From the NCBI GenBank assembly GCA_051746405.1, contig JBNJFB010000002.1, forward strand, positions 1-64,000: 64,000 bases of DNA, given 5' to 3'. Positions 28,472-39,777 of this stretch are shown here, piece by piece. Position numbers and translations under genes: made by a program. Origin of the DNA: Campylobacterota bacterium. GTDB lineage: Bacteria; Campylobacterota; Campylobacteria; Campylobacterales; Arcobacteraceae. The notes under the pieces are model-generated. The model was not told the DNA's origin, searched no databases, and worked only from the letters and a program-made list of their open reading frames with translations. How positions within the stretch are numbered: position 1 is the first letter of the stretch; each line of letters begins with the position of its first letter.

Positions 28472-29761
28472 CTATTTCCTTACTATTGCAAATGTTAAGT
28501 TTTCAATCTCATTATGAGAATTGATAAACTTATTTAAATCTTCAAGTTTTAAGTTTTGGATTTTTTCTAACTCTTTTGTTGAGTAATCTAAACCTAATCC
28601 TTTATAATAAAAGTTAAATGCTCTACTTAATCTTTGAGATAGTGTTTCACTTCTTAAAGGCTCACTTCCTGTTAAAAACTTTTTTGCAGATTCTAACTCT
28701 TCTTTTGTAACACCTTGTTTTACAAACTCATTAATAATACTCTTTACTAACTCTTTAGCTTCATTAGCACTTTCATTTTTTGTCTGTAAATAACCACTAA
28801 AATAAGAGTGAGATTTACTTATAGATACATTACTATATGCACTATAAGCTAAACCTCTTTTTACTCTTATCTCTTCCATCATTCTAGAACCAAATCCAGA
28901 ACCACCTAAAATAAAAGAAGCTACTTTTGACATATATACACTTTCATCTTTTGCATCAATATTAAAAGGACTACCAAAATATATATATGCTTGTTTTGTA
29001 TCTTTTAAAACAACCTCTTCTTTAGGTTTTGTTTCTACTTCTATTTTAGAAACTTGTTCATACTCTGATTTTTTTAAAACTTCAAGTACTGGTTTAATTG
29101 TTTTTTTAAACTCATCAAACTCAAAATCACCACCTGCAACAACTATTAGCTTATTTAATACAACTGCATTACCAATAAACTCCTTTATATCATCTAAAGT
29201 AATTTTATCAATAGTTTCAATAGTACCAGAACTTGGGCTTTGTAAAGGTGTATTTTCAAAAAGTGTAGCTTTCAAAAGGTTTTTAGCTGTATAATCATAA
29301 TCACTCTCTTTTCTTTTAAGTGTACCAATTTGTATAGTCTTTAACTTAGTTAAAACTTCATCTGAATAGTTAGGTGACTGTAATAAATCGCTTAAAAGAG
29401 TCATTGCTTTTGTAGTAACATCTTTTAAGTTTGATAACTCAATTACAAATGTTTCAAAGCCATTTGCAGCACTTAATGAGATTGCACTCTCTTCTAATTT
29501 TTGAGCAAACTTTGTTGAACCTAACTTTTTAGTACCTTCATTTAAAAGCTTTGAAGATAGATTTGCTAATCCACTTTTATTTTTATCTTGAATATAACCT
29601 GAATTTCTAAAAACTAACTGTACATCCAAAGTAGGAATACTTGTTTGCTTTTCAAAAATAACTGGTACTTCTATACCTTTAACTTTTATATGCTTTAATT
29701 CAGCACTCATTAAACTCCCTTGTAAAAATAGTAACCCTAATAAAAAACTTTTAACTTTCAT
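28472..29761 (-). CDS. M16 family peptidase-like protein (non-catalytic subunit type)
   Basis: [22 protein letters not shown]; no HxxEH. Confidence 0.88.
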   Translation of the reverse strand: MKVKSFLLGLLFLQGSLMSAELKHIKVKGIEVPVIFEKQTSIPTLDVQLVFRNSGYIQDKNKSGLANLSSKLLNEGTKKLGSTKFAQKLEESAISLSAANGFETFVIELSNLKDVTTKAMTLLSDLLQSPNYSDEVLTKLKTIQIGTLKRKESDYDYTAKNLLKATLFENTPLQSPSSGTIETIDKITLDDIKEFIGNAVVLNKLIVVAGGDFEFDEFKKTIKPVLEVLKKSEYEQVSKIEVETKPKEEVVLKDTKQAYIYFGSPFNIDAKDESVYMSKVASFILGGSGFGSRMMEEIRVKRGLAYSAYSNVSISKSHSYFSGYLQTKNESANEAKELVKSIINEFVKQGVTKEELESAKKFLTGSEPLRSETLSQRLSRAFNFYYKGLGLDYSTKELEKIQNLKLEDLNKFINSHNEIENLTFAIVRK

Positions 29762-29766
29762 TAGAT

Positions 29767-30855
29767 TTAATACCTCTTTAGTATTTCATATGCAGTATTT
29801 CTTTTTGCAGGTTTTTCACCAATATCCCTAATCAATGTAATCATCTCATCTTGATTCATTCTATTAGCTGCACCTGCTGCTTTTACTACATTCTCCTCCA
29901 TCATTGTACTTCCTAAGTCATTTGCACCAAATTTTAATGCCATTTGACCTATGTACGAACCTTGTGTTACCCATGAACTTTGCATATTTTTAAAATTATC
30001 TAAATATAGTCTTGACACTGCTAATAGTCTTAAATATCTATTTGAAGATTGTGGTTTTATCTGCGGATGCTCTTTTGCTAATTGTGTATTTTCACCTTGA
30101 AAAGACCACATAATAAATGCTCTAAATCCACCTGCTTCATCTTGTAATTTTCTTAGCATTTCCCAATGCTCAATAATCTCTTCATCGGTTTCTACTGTTC
30201 CAAACATCATTGTAGCAGTTGTTTTCATTCCTATTGAGTGAGCTAATCTATGTATCTCTAACCACTCTTGTGAATCCATTTTATTTGGAGCAATTATATC
30301 TCTAACTCTGTCTGATAATATTTCAGCTCCAGCTCCTGGAATTGAACTTAACCCTTTTGCTTGAAGTCTTTTTAAAACCTCAAGTTTTGAAATCTTTGAA
30401 ACTTTTGCAATAAAGTTAATTTCAATAGCTGAAAACCCATGAATAGTAATTTGTGGATATTTTGTATGAATATGTTCAACCAACTCTTCATAATATTCAA
30501 TTTTTAATTTAGGATGAACTCCACCTTGAAATAGTATTTGAGTACCACCAATTTCAAGTAGTTCATCAATCTTTTTATCTATTTCATCAAATTTTAATAC
30601 ATATGAGTCATCATCCCTTTTATGTCTATAAAAAGCACAAAATTTACAATCAACCCAACACACATTTGTATAGTTAATATTTCTATCAACTATAAATGTT
30701 GTAACACCCTTAGGATGAAGTTGGGCTTTTTTTGCACTTGCTAATTCACCTAATTCAAGTAAAGGAGCATTTTGTATTAAATCAAGTGCTTCTTTATTTG
30801 TAATCCGTCTATTTATTATCTCTTTATCTATTTTATTATCTATTTTTTTTACCAT
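29767..30855 (-). CDS. mqnC: Dehypoxanthine futalosine cyclase
   Basis: NINYTNVCWVDCKFC radical SAM motif, GANDLGSTMMEENVV. Confidence 0.92.
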   Translation of the reverse strand: MVKKIDNKIDKEIINRRITNKEALDLIQNAPLLELGELASAKKAQLHPKGVTTFIVDRNINYTNVCWVDCKFCAFYRHKRDDDSYVLKFDEIDKKIDELLEIGGTQILFQGGVHPKLKIEYYEELVEHIHTKYPQITIHGFSAIEINFIAKVSKISKLEVLKRLQAKGLSSIPGAGAEILSDRVRDIIAPNKMDSQEWLEIHRLAHSIGMKTTATMMFGTVETDEEIIEHWEMLRKLQDEAGGFRAFIMWSFQGENTQLAKEHPQIKPQSSNRYLRLLAVSRLYLDNFKNMQSSWVTQGSYIGQMALKFGANDLGSTMMEENVVKAAGAANRMNQDEMITLIRDIGEKPAKRNTAYEILKRY

Positions 30856-33104
30856 TAGAAACTTGTCCCTAGTGAAAACTCAAATGATGATGTTTCATCA
30901 CCTGGTTCATCATCAAGTGGTTGTGCAAAGATTAATTGTAAAGGACCAACAGGAGAGAACCACTCTAAAACTGCACCTGTACTTGATCTTTGTATATCAC
31001 CAAAGTTATCTTCGCCTGTCATACCATAGTCATAAAACACACCCCATCTCATCTTTGCACTTTTAGATAGTGGAAAGTTCATCTCTATAGAGTTACTCCA
31101 CAATCTTTTAAATGGATCTTCTTTTATTCCATCTTCATTATTTGGTCCAAATGCATAAGATTCAAAACCTCTTAGGGTTCTTGGACCACCTAAGTAAAGT
31201 GAATCCCCTGGACTTAATTGACCTAAATCTTCAATTGCTTGTAAGTTTGATTTAAATCTAAAGATCCAATCATACTCTGTCATATCTTCAAAGGAGTGAA
31301 AATATCTAAATACAGTTGAAGATTTCAGGTACTTAGAATCACCACCAACACCTGCAAACTCAAGTGAGGTATTTACTTTATATCCTTCTCTTGGTACATA
31401 AAAGTCATCCGTATTATCAAAGTTTAAATAAGGTGTCAATGAACTAGTTATATAGTCACTATCTTGATAATAGTTTGTATTATTTACTTTACTTGAGTTA
31501 TCATACTGATAATCCTCTTCAATCATATCAAATCTATATTTTACACCTGCATATAAGTCCCTAATAACTTGTTTTCCAACTGATACTGAAAAACCTTGTG
31601 CTGTTTTATCTAAATCATAACTATCTCTTAAAATTTCACTTTCACTATTATGAATTTCAAATGTACCTGTATATTCACTATCATTTATAGCTGGATTTTT
31701 AACCTCAAATGCAAATTTACTTTCAGTTGCAGATAAATCTGCATTTAATCCAATTCCAATACCTGAACCAAAAATATTAGAATCACTAACAGCAGCATTA
31801 ATCATAAGTTTATCATATGAACCATATCCACCACCTAGGATAATTGAACCTGTAGAAGTCTCTACAACTTTTACTAATAAGTCAATTTTATCTTCAGATA
31901 CTCTTTTCTCTTCAATTTGAACATCTTCAAAACTTTTTGTTCTTTTTAGTTTAGATTTTGAATCTTTTAAGTCAGTTAAATTATATAAATCTCCAGGTGC
32001 TAAATAGACATTTCTTCTTACAACTCTATCTAATGTTCTTGTATTTCCTGAGATAACCACGTCATTTATATATACTTTTTTTCCTGGGATTACATTAAAA
32101 ACCACATCAACTGTTGAATCTTCTTTATTTTTCTTAATATCAAACTTCACTTTTGCAAAGGCATAACCTTTATTAGCAACTTGTGTTCTTATATAGTCTT
32201 GATCATCTCTTAGCTTTTTTATATTAAAAGTATTTCCTACTATTAAATCAAGCTCTTCATATAAATCATCAGGATTAACTATACTTGCATCTGCAAATAT
32301 TTTTATACTTGCAGTTTCATACTGTTTTCCCTCTTCAATAAAAAAGTCTAGATTAGCATTATTAGAAGCAAAATCTATATCTAAATATGGATCTTTTACT
32401 TTTGCATCTAAGAAACCATTCTCAAAATATAGTTCATTTATTCTTCTTGAGTCATACTTAAGCTCATCTACTTTCACTTCTCCTGTATTTTGTCCAAAAA
32501 ACCAAGAAGCAAACTCTTTTTCTTTATTTGCTGTTACCATCTCAAAGTCACTATTATCTAACTGTTTTGAACCATAATAGTTAGCTTTGTTAATAAGTAT
32601 CTCATCACCTTTATTTATATTAAAAGTAACTTTTAAAGAGTGTTCATTTAACTCTTCAATATCAACTTCAACTACAGAGTTAATATACCCTTCACTCTCT
32701 AATAAGTCCAAAATAACTTTTTTTGCCTTTTGAACTCTCTGTTTTGTATACATGGAACCTTTTTTAAGCTTCATGTAATCTTTCATAATCTCTTTGTCTT
32801 CTTGTCTAGATTTGTAACCTAGAATTTCAACTTTTGCAATTGAAGGCTTCTCTTTGAAGACTAACTGTAAATTTCCATTTTCATTATAAACAACAATATC
32901 ATCAAAATAACCAAAATCATAAAACTCTTTTATAGCTTTGTTTAGCTTCTCTTGGTTAAGTTTATCTCCAACATCTAAATCTAATGTTTCATTAACAATT
33001 TTTTCTGATATTTTGTTTAAATTCTTGTACTCTATTGACTTGATTGTATTTGCATAAAGTGCTGTTGTGCACACTAAAGAAAATAGTATTGCTTTATTTT
33101 TCAC
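30855..33104 (-). CDS. bamA: Outer membrane protein assembly factor BamA
   Basis: POTRA repeats, LRGF, SPVGPL, C-terminal Phe. Confidence 0.95.
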   Translation of the reverse strand: MKNKAILFSLVCTTALYANTIKSIEYKNLNKISEKIVNETLDLDVGDKLNQEKLNKAIKEFYDFGYFDDIVVYNENGNLQLVFKEKPSIAKVEILGYKSRQEDKEIMKDYMKLKKGSMYTKQRVQKAKKVILDLLESEGYINSVVEVDIEELNEHSLKVTFNINKGDEILINKANYYGSKQLDNSDFEMVTANKEKEFASWFFGQNTGEVKVDELKYDSRRINELYFENGFLDAKVKDPYLDIDFASNNANLDFFIEEGKQYETASIKIFADASIVNPDDLYEELDLIVGNTFNIKKLRDDQDYIRTQVANKGYAFAKVKFDIKKNKEDSTVDVVFNVIPGKKVYINDVVISGNTRTLDRVVRRNVYLAPGDLYNLTDLKDSKSKLKRTKSFEDVQIEEKRVSEDKIDLLVKVVETSTGSIILGGGYGSYDKLMINAAVSDSNIFGSGIGIGLNADLSATESKFAFEVKNPAINDSEYTGTFEIHNSESEILRDSYDLDKTAQGFSVSVGKQVIRDLYAGVKYRFDMIEEDYQYDNSSKVNNTNYYQDSDYITSSLTPYLNFDNTDDFYVPREGYKVNTSLEFAGVGGDSKYLKSSTVFRYFHSFEDMTEYDWIFRFKSNLQAIEDLGQLSPGDSLYLGGPRTLRGFESYAFGPNNEDGIKEDPFKRLWSNSIEMNFPLSKSAKMRWGVFYDYGMTGEDNFGDIQRSSTGAVLEWFSPVGPLQLIFAQPLDDEPGDETSSFEFSLGTSF

Positions 33105-33201
33105 GACTTTCCTTAATTTCTTGATAAAATAATAATATAGCTAAATTCAGATTATATGAATATTAAGGTATAATATCAAATATTCTTAAAAAAAGGTGTT
33201 A

Positions 33202-34035
33202 ATGTTGAATATAGGAATCGTTGGTTTAGGACTTATGGGTGGTTCTTTTGCAAAAGCAGTTAAAAAATATGCCATAGCAACAAAAGTATATGGATATGCA
33301 AGAAGTGAAAAATCTAAAGAAGAGATAAAAAAACTCAACTTAGTTGATGAGTTAGTTGATTTAAATAGGCTTAAAAAAGAGTGTGATTTGATTATATTAG
33401 CAATACCTGTTGATAACATCATCTCAATATTGCCAAATTTTCTCGATATTGACGAAAATACAACTATAATGGATTTGGGTTCAACAAAAGAGTTTATAAT
33501 TAAAAATATTCCAAATAAAATAAGAGAAAACTTTATTGCAGCTCATCCAATGTGTGGAAATGAAAAGTTTGGTCCAAAAGCTGCAATGAATGATTTATAT
33601 GAGGGTAAAACAGTAGTTTTATGTAATCTAGAAGAGAATTCAAAAAAACATGAGCATAGAGCAATTAAGGTATTTCAAGACATTGGAATGAGAATTGTTG
33701 TAATGGATGCAAATGAGCATGATATCCATGCATGTTATATGTCACATTTACCCCATGCAATTTCATATTCACTTGCAAATACAGTAATGGGACATGAAGA
33801 CCCAAAATCAATTATAGCTCTTGCAGCAGGTGGATTTAAAGATATGAGTAGAATAGCAAAATCAAGTCCAGATATGTGGAGTGATATTTTTAGACAAAAC
33901 AGAGAGAATCTTTTAAAATCAATTGATTTATTTGAAAAACAGATGAAATCTGTAAGACATATGGTTGAAAATCAAGAGTATGAATCTTTGGAAGAGTGGA
34001 TGAAAAAAGCAAACTCTTTACACGAAATACTTTAG
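33202..34035 (+). CDS. tyrA: Prephenate dehydrogenase
   Basis: GLGLMGGS, DLGSTK, HPMCG, SHLPH. Confidence 0.95.
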   Translation: MLNIGIVGLGLMGGSFAKAVKKYAIATKVYGYARSEKSKEEIKKLNLVDELVDLNRLKKECDLIILAIPVDNIISILPNFLDIDENTTIMDLGSTKEFIIKNIPNKIRENFIAAHPMCGNEKFGPKAAMNDLYEGKTVVLCNLEENSKKHEHRAIKVFQDIGMRIVVMDANEHDIHACYMSHLPHAISYSLANTVMGHEDPKSIIALAAGGFKDMSRIAKSSPDMWSDIFRQNRENLLKSIDLFEKQMKSVRHMVENQEYESLEEWMKKANSLHEIL

Positions 34036-34053
34036 TATTTTGTGTAAATTTTA

Positions 34054-34848
34054 TTAAATACTATAAATAGCTTCTTGTACTTTTATAGCTTGATAGTGCT
34101 CTTTAACATCATGACATCTGATAATTGAAGCTTTATTTCTAATGGACTCTAAATGAATAGCAAGACTACCAGGTAATCTCTCACTAACTTCACTAGGAGT
34201 TATCTTATTTATCATTGATTTTCTACTAGCACCTACTAAAAGTTCACATCCAAAATGTTTAAAATACTCTAAATTTTTTAATAACTTCAAATTATGATTT
34301 AAGGTTTTTCCAAAGCCAATACCAACATCTAATACAATGTCATCTATTCCAAAAGATTTTGCTTTTTCTATTTGTTTATAAAAAAAACTATCTATATCTT
34401 TTAAAACATCATCATAGCTTGGATTTTCTTGCATATTTGAAGGACTGTTTTGCATATGCATTATAACAACCTGGGCATCGTATTTAGAACTAATCTTACA
34501 CACTTCATCATCTATTAAACCTGTAATATCATTTACTATTTTAAACCCCTTATTTAAAACATAATCTATCACATTAGGGGCATAAGAATCAATAGAGAAA
34601 TCAACTTTTTCATAATAGCTATTATCATAAATTATATTTACTATATCTTTTAATCTATCAAGTTCCACATCAAAAGCTACAGGTTTACTACCAGGCCTTG
34701 AAGATACTGCACCAATATCAATAATATCAGCTTTGTCTTCTATCATTTTTTCTATTTTAGCTTGAGCTTCATATTTACTAAATCTACTATGCTTAAAAAA
34801 AGAGTCTTCATTTGCATTTAGTACACCCATTATTTTTGTTTTTTGCAT
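34054..34848 (-). CDS. folP: Dihydropteroate synthase
   Basis: MGVLN..DSF, SSRPG, DVGIGFGK, SRKS, RCHDV. Confidence 0.95.
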   Translation of the reverse strand: MQKTKIMGVLNANEDSFFKHSRFSKYEAQAKIEKMIEDKADIIDIGAVSSRPGSKPVAFDVELDRLKDIVNIIYDNSYYEKVDFSIDSYAPNVIDYVLNKGFKIVNDITGLIDDEVCKISSKYDAQVVIMHMQNSPSNMQENPSYDDVLKDIDSFFYKQIEKAKSFGIDDIVLDVGIGFGKTLNHNLKLLKNLEYFKHFGCELLVGASRKSMINKITPSEVSERLPGSLAIHLESIRNKASIIRCHDVKEHYQAIKVQEAIYSI

Positions 34849-35474
34849 TATTTACCTTTTGTCTGTAATAAACTAAGAAGTAGGGTGGTTAAAACATTTA
34901 CAGGTCTTGAGTTCAACTCTAATAGTTTTATAGATTTTGAAAATAGTTCTAATTGTGAACTATTTAATTGAAGCTTTTGCTCTTTTACTTTTAGTAGTAT
35001 TGACTCAACTAACTCTTTTGCTTCATTTTTAGAGATTTTTTGATTCTGCTTTAAAAAATAGTAAATATCTTTTAAATCAAGATTTTTAACATCTAGTGTT
35101 GAAATATCTTTTATGGTAGATTTTTTTAAATACTTATATGGAATTCTTGAATAGATTGTAGGAAGTAGTGATGACTTTGAAGTTGTAATAATTATAAAAA
35201 TAACATTTCTAGGTGGTTCTTCAATCACTTTTAATAATGAGTTTTGAGCTTCAACCCTAAAACTTGAACCACATAAAAATATATATTTAGTTTCATTTGA
35301 AGCTATGTATGCTTCTTTTACTGCAAGATTAGCCTCATTTAATAAAAACTCATCTTTTTGTTCATTTCTTATAATACGTGTTGAGTGCATTGGATAAAGT
35401 GCTAAAAGCTCACTTAAAGTTTCATCAATACTATTAACAATTAAAATAGATGAGTTCTCAACTTTTTTTATCAT
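34848..35474 (-). CDS. holB: DNA polymerase III delta' (short form)
   Basis: AQNSLLKVIEEPP, LLPTIYSR. Confidence 0.88.
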   Translation of the reverse strand: MIKKVENSSILIVNSIDETLSELLALYPMHSTRIIRNEQKDEFLLNEANLAVKEAYIASNETKYIFLCGSSFRVEAQNSLLKVIEEPPRNVIFIIITTSKSSLLPTIYSRIPYKYLKKSTIKDISTLDVKNLDLKDIYYFLKQNQKISKNEAKELVESILLKVKEQKLQLNSSQLELFSKSIKLLELNSRPVNVLTTLLLSLLQTKGK

Positions 35475-35483
35475 ATGCTTTAA

Positions 35484-36035
35484 TTAATTCTCCACATTTA
35501 TTTGTGCAAATAAAGATGCACTTATTGTCTTATTATATAGTCTAAACATCTGTAATAGTTTCATATCTAAAGCTTCATCACCACTTCTTAGATTAAAAGC
35601 GTCCTGCTTCTCTTCATCAAAAAGCCATAAAAAAGAGTTTTTTGAAACTTTAGGAATTAGTGCCCTTGCATCTTGGCTTTTGCCTATGTACCAAAAGCAA
35701 TAACCATTTGGAAAAGATATATTTAACATATCTTTAATATATGAGATATCATCGTCTGATTTTATATTATCAATATATTTATAAAATGACTTAAAATCAT
35801 AAAATGGTAAAAAAGGTCTATTAAGTTTAGTAGAGTTTATATGTGTTAATACATACTCTAAAAACCACTCCCTTTCCCTATCAGTTAAAACAATAACTGA
35901 ACAACCTTTATCTAATATATTTACAATATTCTTAGAAACCAAAGGGGTCCACTCGTACTTTTTTTCTTCTAACCATGGAGAGATAAGTCTATCTTCCCTG
36001 ATTGAATCAACTGTCCAATTTAAAAACTCTTGCAC
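35484..36035 (-). CDS. hobA: DnaA-binding replication regulator HobA
   Basis: WLEEKKYEW, TDREREWF, RPFLP; lysC-hobA-holB-folP gene order. Confidence 0.9.
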   Translation of the reverse strand: MQEFLNWTVDSIREDRLISPWLEEKKYEWTPLVSKNIVNILDKGCSVIVLTDREREWFLEYVLTHINSTKLNRPFLPFYDFKSFYKYIDNIKSDDDISYIKDMLNISFPNGYCFWYIGKSQDARALIPKVSKNSFLWLFDEEKQDAFNLRSGDEALDMKLLQMFRLYNKTISASLFAQINVEN

Positions 36036-36037
36036 TT

Positions 36038-37249
36038 TTATTTATCCAATTCGTAAACTTCATGTAGTGCTCTTACAGCTAACTCAGAATACTTCTCTTC
36101 AATAATCATTGAGATTTTAATCTCTGAAGTTGAAATTATTCTTATATTTATATTCTCTTTTGCTAATGTTGAAAATGCTTTAGCTGCAACTCCTGTATGT
36201 GATTTCATACCAACACCTACAATTGATACTTTACAAATAGAGTCATTATAATCAATACTTCCAGTATCTTTTTTAAACTGTTCCATTACTTTTTTACAAG
36301 CATCAAAATCAGTAGTTGGAATAGTAAAGTCTAGATCAGTTTTACCATCTAAACCTCTTGTTTGTACAATCATATCAACATTTATATTCTCATTTGCTAG
36401 TGATGTAAATATAGATGCAGCAATTCCTGGTCTATCAATAACTCCATACATACCAACTCTTATTTGATTTTTATCTAATGCAATACCACTTACAATTGGT
36501 TTTTCCATAATATTCTCTTCCTTAGTAATTAATGTTCCCTCAATATCTGGTGTAAAGCTGCTTCTTGATACTAAATTTACATCTAGCTTTTTTGCCATCT
36601 CTACTGATCTATTTTGTAAAACCTTAGCACCTAAGCTTGCTAATTCTAACATCTCATCATAGGATATTTTATCTAGCTTTTTTGCTTTTGGCTCTATTCT
36701 TGGGTCTGTTGTATAAATACCATCAACATCGGTATAGATTTCACAAACATCTGCTTTTATTGCTCCTGCAATAGCAACTGCTGTTAAATCACTTCCACCT
36801 CTACCTAAAGTTGAAACTCTGCTTGTATCTTGTGTAATACCTTGAAAACCAGCTACTATTATTGTATTTCCCTCTTTTAATCTTTCATTCATACCATCTG
36901 TATCAATAGATTCAATTCTAGCTTTTGTATGGGAACTATTTGTAACAATCCCAGCTTGTCTTCCACTCATAGAGCATGCTTTATAACCTTGTTCATTAAG
37001 TGCTATTGAAAGTAGTGCAGAGGTAACTCTCTCACCTGAACTTAAAAGCATATCCATTTCATCTGCTTTTGGATTATTTGAAAAGTTTTGTGCATACTGG
37101 ATTAATTTATTTGTTTCACCACTCATTGCAGATACAACAGCAATAACATCATGACCCTCATCTTTAATCTTCTTTATAATATTTGCAACATTTTGAATTC
37201 TTTCAAGTGTACCAACACTTGTTCCCCCAAACTTTAATACCTTCAACAT
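36038..37249 (-). CDS. lysC: Aspartate kinase
   Basis: KFGGTSV, TLGRGGSD, two ACT domains. Confidence 0.96.
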   Translation of the reverse strand: MLKVLKFGGTSVGTLERIQNVANIIKKIKDEGHDVIAVVSAMSGETNKLIQYAQNFSNNPKADEMDMLLSSGERVTSALLSIALNEQGYKACSMSGRQAGIVTNSSHTKARIESIDTDGMNERLKEGNTIIVAGFQGITQDTSRVSTLGRGGSDLTAVAIAGAIKADVCEIYTDVDGIYTTDPRIEPKAKKLDKISYDEMLELASLGAKVLQNRSVEMAKKLDVNLVSRSSFTPDIEGTLITKEENIMEKPIVSGIALDKNQIRVGMYGVIDRPGIAASIFTSLANENINVDMIVQTRGLDGKTDLDFTIPTTDFDACKKVMEQFKKDTGSIDYNDSICKVSIVGVGMKSHTGVAAKAFSTLAKENINIRIISTSEIKISMIIEEKYSELAVRALHEVYELDK

Positions 37250-37265
37250 TTTTTTTAAATTCCTT

Positions 37266-37763
37266 TTAAATATAACCTTCTTTTTTAAAATATTTAAGCA
37301 CCTGCTTATATACTGTTCTTTTAAAGAAAGTTATATAGTCATATATATTTTTTGTAGGTACAAACTTATATTCACTAAACTCTGGAATATCAGTTTGAAT
37401 ATTTATTTTTGCACCTTTTTTTAATCTAACTAAATAATACTTCTGAATTTGACCATCGTATGGTTGCATCTTTTTTGCTATTGCAGGAGGAAACTCATAT
37501 GATACCCATTGAGGATACTCTGCTACAATTTCCACATCCCTAGTTCCTATCTCTTCTTCTAACTCTCTATATAAAGCCTCTTTAGCTGACTCCCCATCAT
37601 CAATACCACCTTGTGGAAATTGCCAAGCATTTTCCACGTCTGTTCTTGAGGCTATAAAAATTTCACATTTATGAGGATATTTAGATGATAGAACTATTGC
37701 TGCAACATTTGGTCTAAAGTTTTTCTTATTATTGTTTATTTTATTCTCATTTTTATCAGTCAT
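37266..37763 (-). CDS. rppH: RNA pyrophosphohydrolase
   Basis: RPNV, WQFPQGG and the RELEEEIG Nudix box. Confidence 0.94.
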   Translation of the reverse strand: MTDKNENKINNNKKNFRPNVAAIVLSSKYPHKCEIFIASRTDVENAWQFPQGGIDDGESAKEALYRELEEEIGTRDVEIVAEYPQWVSYEFPPAIAKKMQPYDGQIQKYYLVRLKKGAKINIQTDIPEFSEYKFVPTKNIYDYITFFKRTVYKQVLKYFKKEGYI

Positions 37764-37818
37764 AAATATGTTTTCCCTTATAATTAGCCCATAATTATAT
37801 AATTTATAGGATTAAAAA

Positions 37819-38898
37819 TTGCTTTTATACATACACATACCATTTTGCGATAGTAAATGTTTCTATTGTGCATTCAACTCTTATACTGATAAATTTTATT
37901 TAAAAACAGAGTATATGATAGCACTAAAGAAACAACTAAAAAGTGAAATAGAAAAAAACTTAAAAAACAGAAAACTTAAAACAGTATTTATAGGTGGAGG
38001 AACACCCTCAACAATTAATGCCAAAGAGTATGAAGAGGTTTTTGAAATTATAAAGCCTCACTTATGCAAAAACGCAGAGATAACAACAGAGGCTAATCCA
38101 AACTCTGCTTCATATAAATGGCAAGAAAAGATGTACTCTTATGGGGTAAATAGAATAAGCTTTGGAGTACAAAGTTTTAACCAAGACAAACTAAAGTTCT
38201 TAGGAAGAGCACACAGTAGTAATAGTGCATTAAAAGCTATACAAAATGCTAATTGTATAGGTTTTAATAGTATTAACTGCGATATAATATATGGTGTAAA
38301 AGGTGACAGCTTAGATTTAATAAAACAAGATATTAATACAGCATTTACTTTAAATGTGACCCATATTAGTGCTTATTCACTAATGATAGAAGAGGGTACA
38401 AAATTTTATAAAAAGGATAAACAGACAAAGATTAGTAACTATAAAATAGATGATGAAGAACTATCAAAAGATATATTTGACTATTTACAAAAAAAAGATT
38501 TCAATCAATACGAAATATCTAATTTTGCAAGAAAAAAAGAGTTTGAATCAAAACACAACTATGGATATTGGCAACATCAAGAGTATTTAGGAATTGGTGC
38601 AGGTGCAGTTGGATACTATAAAAACAAAAGAGTCTATACAAAAAAAGATATTCAAGCTTATATAAAAAACCCTTTTTTATATGAAACTGAAGAGTTATCA
38701 AATGAGGATATTAAAGTAGAAAAAACTCTATTGGGACTTAGATGTAATAATGGAGTTTCAATAGATATTTTCAATAGTAATGAAAAAAGCAAAATTGATG
38801 AACTAATAAGTGAAAAAAAAATATATAGACTTAAAAATAGAGTATATAATAGAGATTTTTTATTATCTGATGAGTTAGCGCTTTATATTTTAGGATAA
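37819..38898 (+). CDS. hemW: Radical SAM heme chaperone
   Basis: YIHIPFCDSKCFYCAF, GGGTPS, YEISN, HN..YW. Confidence 0.9.
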   Translation: MLLYIHIPFCDSKCFYCAFNSYTDKFYLKTEYMIALKKQLKSEIEKNLKNRKLKTVFIGGGTPSTINAKEYEEVFEIIKPHLCKNAEITTEANPNSASYKWQEKMYSYGVNRISFGVQSFNQDKLKFLGRAHSSNSALKAIQNANCIGFNSINCDIIYGVKGDSLDLIKQDINTAFTLNVTHISAYSLMIEEGTKFYKKDKQTKISNYKIDDEELSKDIFDYLQKKDFNQYEISNFARKKEFESKHNYGYWQHQEYLGIGAGAVGYYKNKRVYTKKDIQAYIKNPFLYETEELSNEDIKVEKTLLGLRCNNGVSIDIFNSNEKSKIDELISEKKIYRLKNRVYNRDFLLSDELALYILG

Positions 38899-38946
38899 TA
38901 AAAACTCTTTTTTATATAATGGTAACTTTTATTAAGGATAAAACTA

Positions 38947-39774
38947 ATGACAATTAAACAAGCAGTTAAGAAGTATAGTCCAAGATTAAAGTATGTAACA
39001 CATATTCCGACAAAAGAGGTGGAAATATTGATGTTATATCTTTTGGATAAAAATATTATTTGGTTACATTTAAACTACAATGAACCTTTTTTATTAGAAA
39101 AAGAGTTAGAAAAGCTAATAAAAAAAAGAGAACAAAACTATCCCTTAGAGTATTTAACTAAAAAAGCTACTTTCTTTGGTGAAAACTTTATAGTACAGCC
39201 AGGTGTTTTAATACCAAGACCTGAAACTGAAATATTAGTAGAAAATGCAATTGAAACAATAAACAAGCTCAAAAAAAGTGTGAATTTATTAGAGATTGGA
39301 ACAGGCTCAGGAGTTATATCTATAATGTTAGCTTTATTAGTAAAAGATATAAAGATAACAGCTGTTGATATAAACGAAAAAGCTTTACAATTAGCTAAAG
39401 AAAATGCAGTTAAACACCATGTTAAGCATAAGATAGATTTTAAACTAAGTAACTTATATGAAAACATCTCTAATAAAGATTTTGATATGGTTATATCAAA
39501 TCCACCTTATATCGCAAATAGTTATAAGTTACCTAAGAATGTAGAGTTTGAACCATCAAATGCACTCTTTGGTGGCAGTAAGGGAGATGAGTTATTAAAA
39601 AACATAATAGATGAAACTGCTAAAAATAGAATACCTTACTTACTATGCGAAATGGGATATGACCAAAAAAGAGCATTAGAAGACTATTTTTCAAACTTCA
39701 AAATTGAGAAATATGACTTTTACAAGGATTATGAAAACTTCGATAGAGGTTTTACACTAAAATTTAAAATATAA
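38947..39774 (+). CDS. prmC: Release factor glutamine methyltransferase
   Basis: LIPRPETE, GTGSG, NPPY. Confidence 0.95.
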   Translation: MTIKQAVKKYSPRLKYVTHIPTKEVEILMLYLLDKNIIWLHLNYNEPFLLEKELEKLIKKREQNYPLEYLTKKATFFGENFIVQPGVLIPRPETEILVENAIETINKLKKSVNLLEIGTGSGVISIMLALLVKDIKITAVDINEKALQLAKENAVKHHVKHKIDFKLSNLYENISNKDFDMVISNPPYIANSYKLPKNVEFEPSNALFGGSKGDELLKNIIDETAKNRIPYLLCEMGYDQKRALEDYFSNFKIEKYDFYKDYENFDRGFTLKFKI

Positions 39775-39777
39775 AGG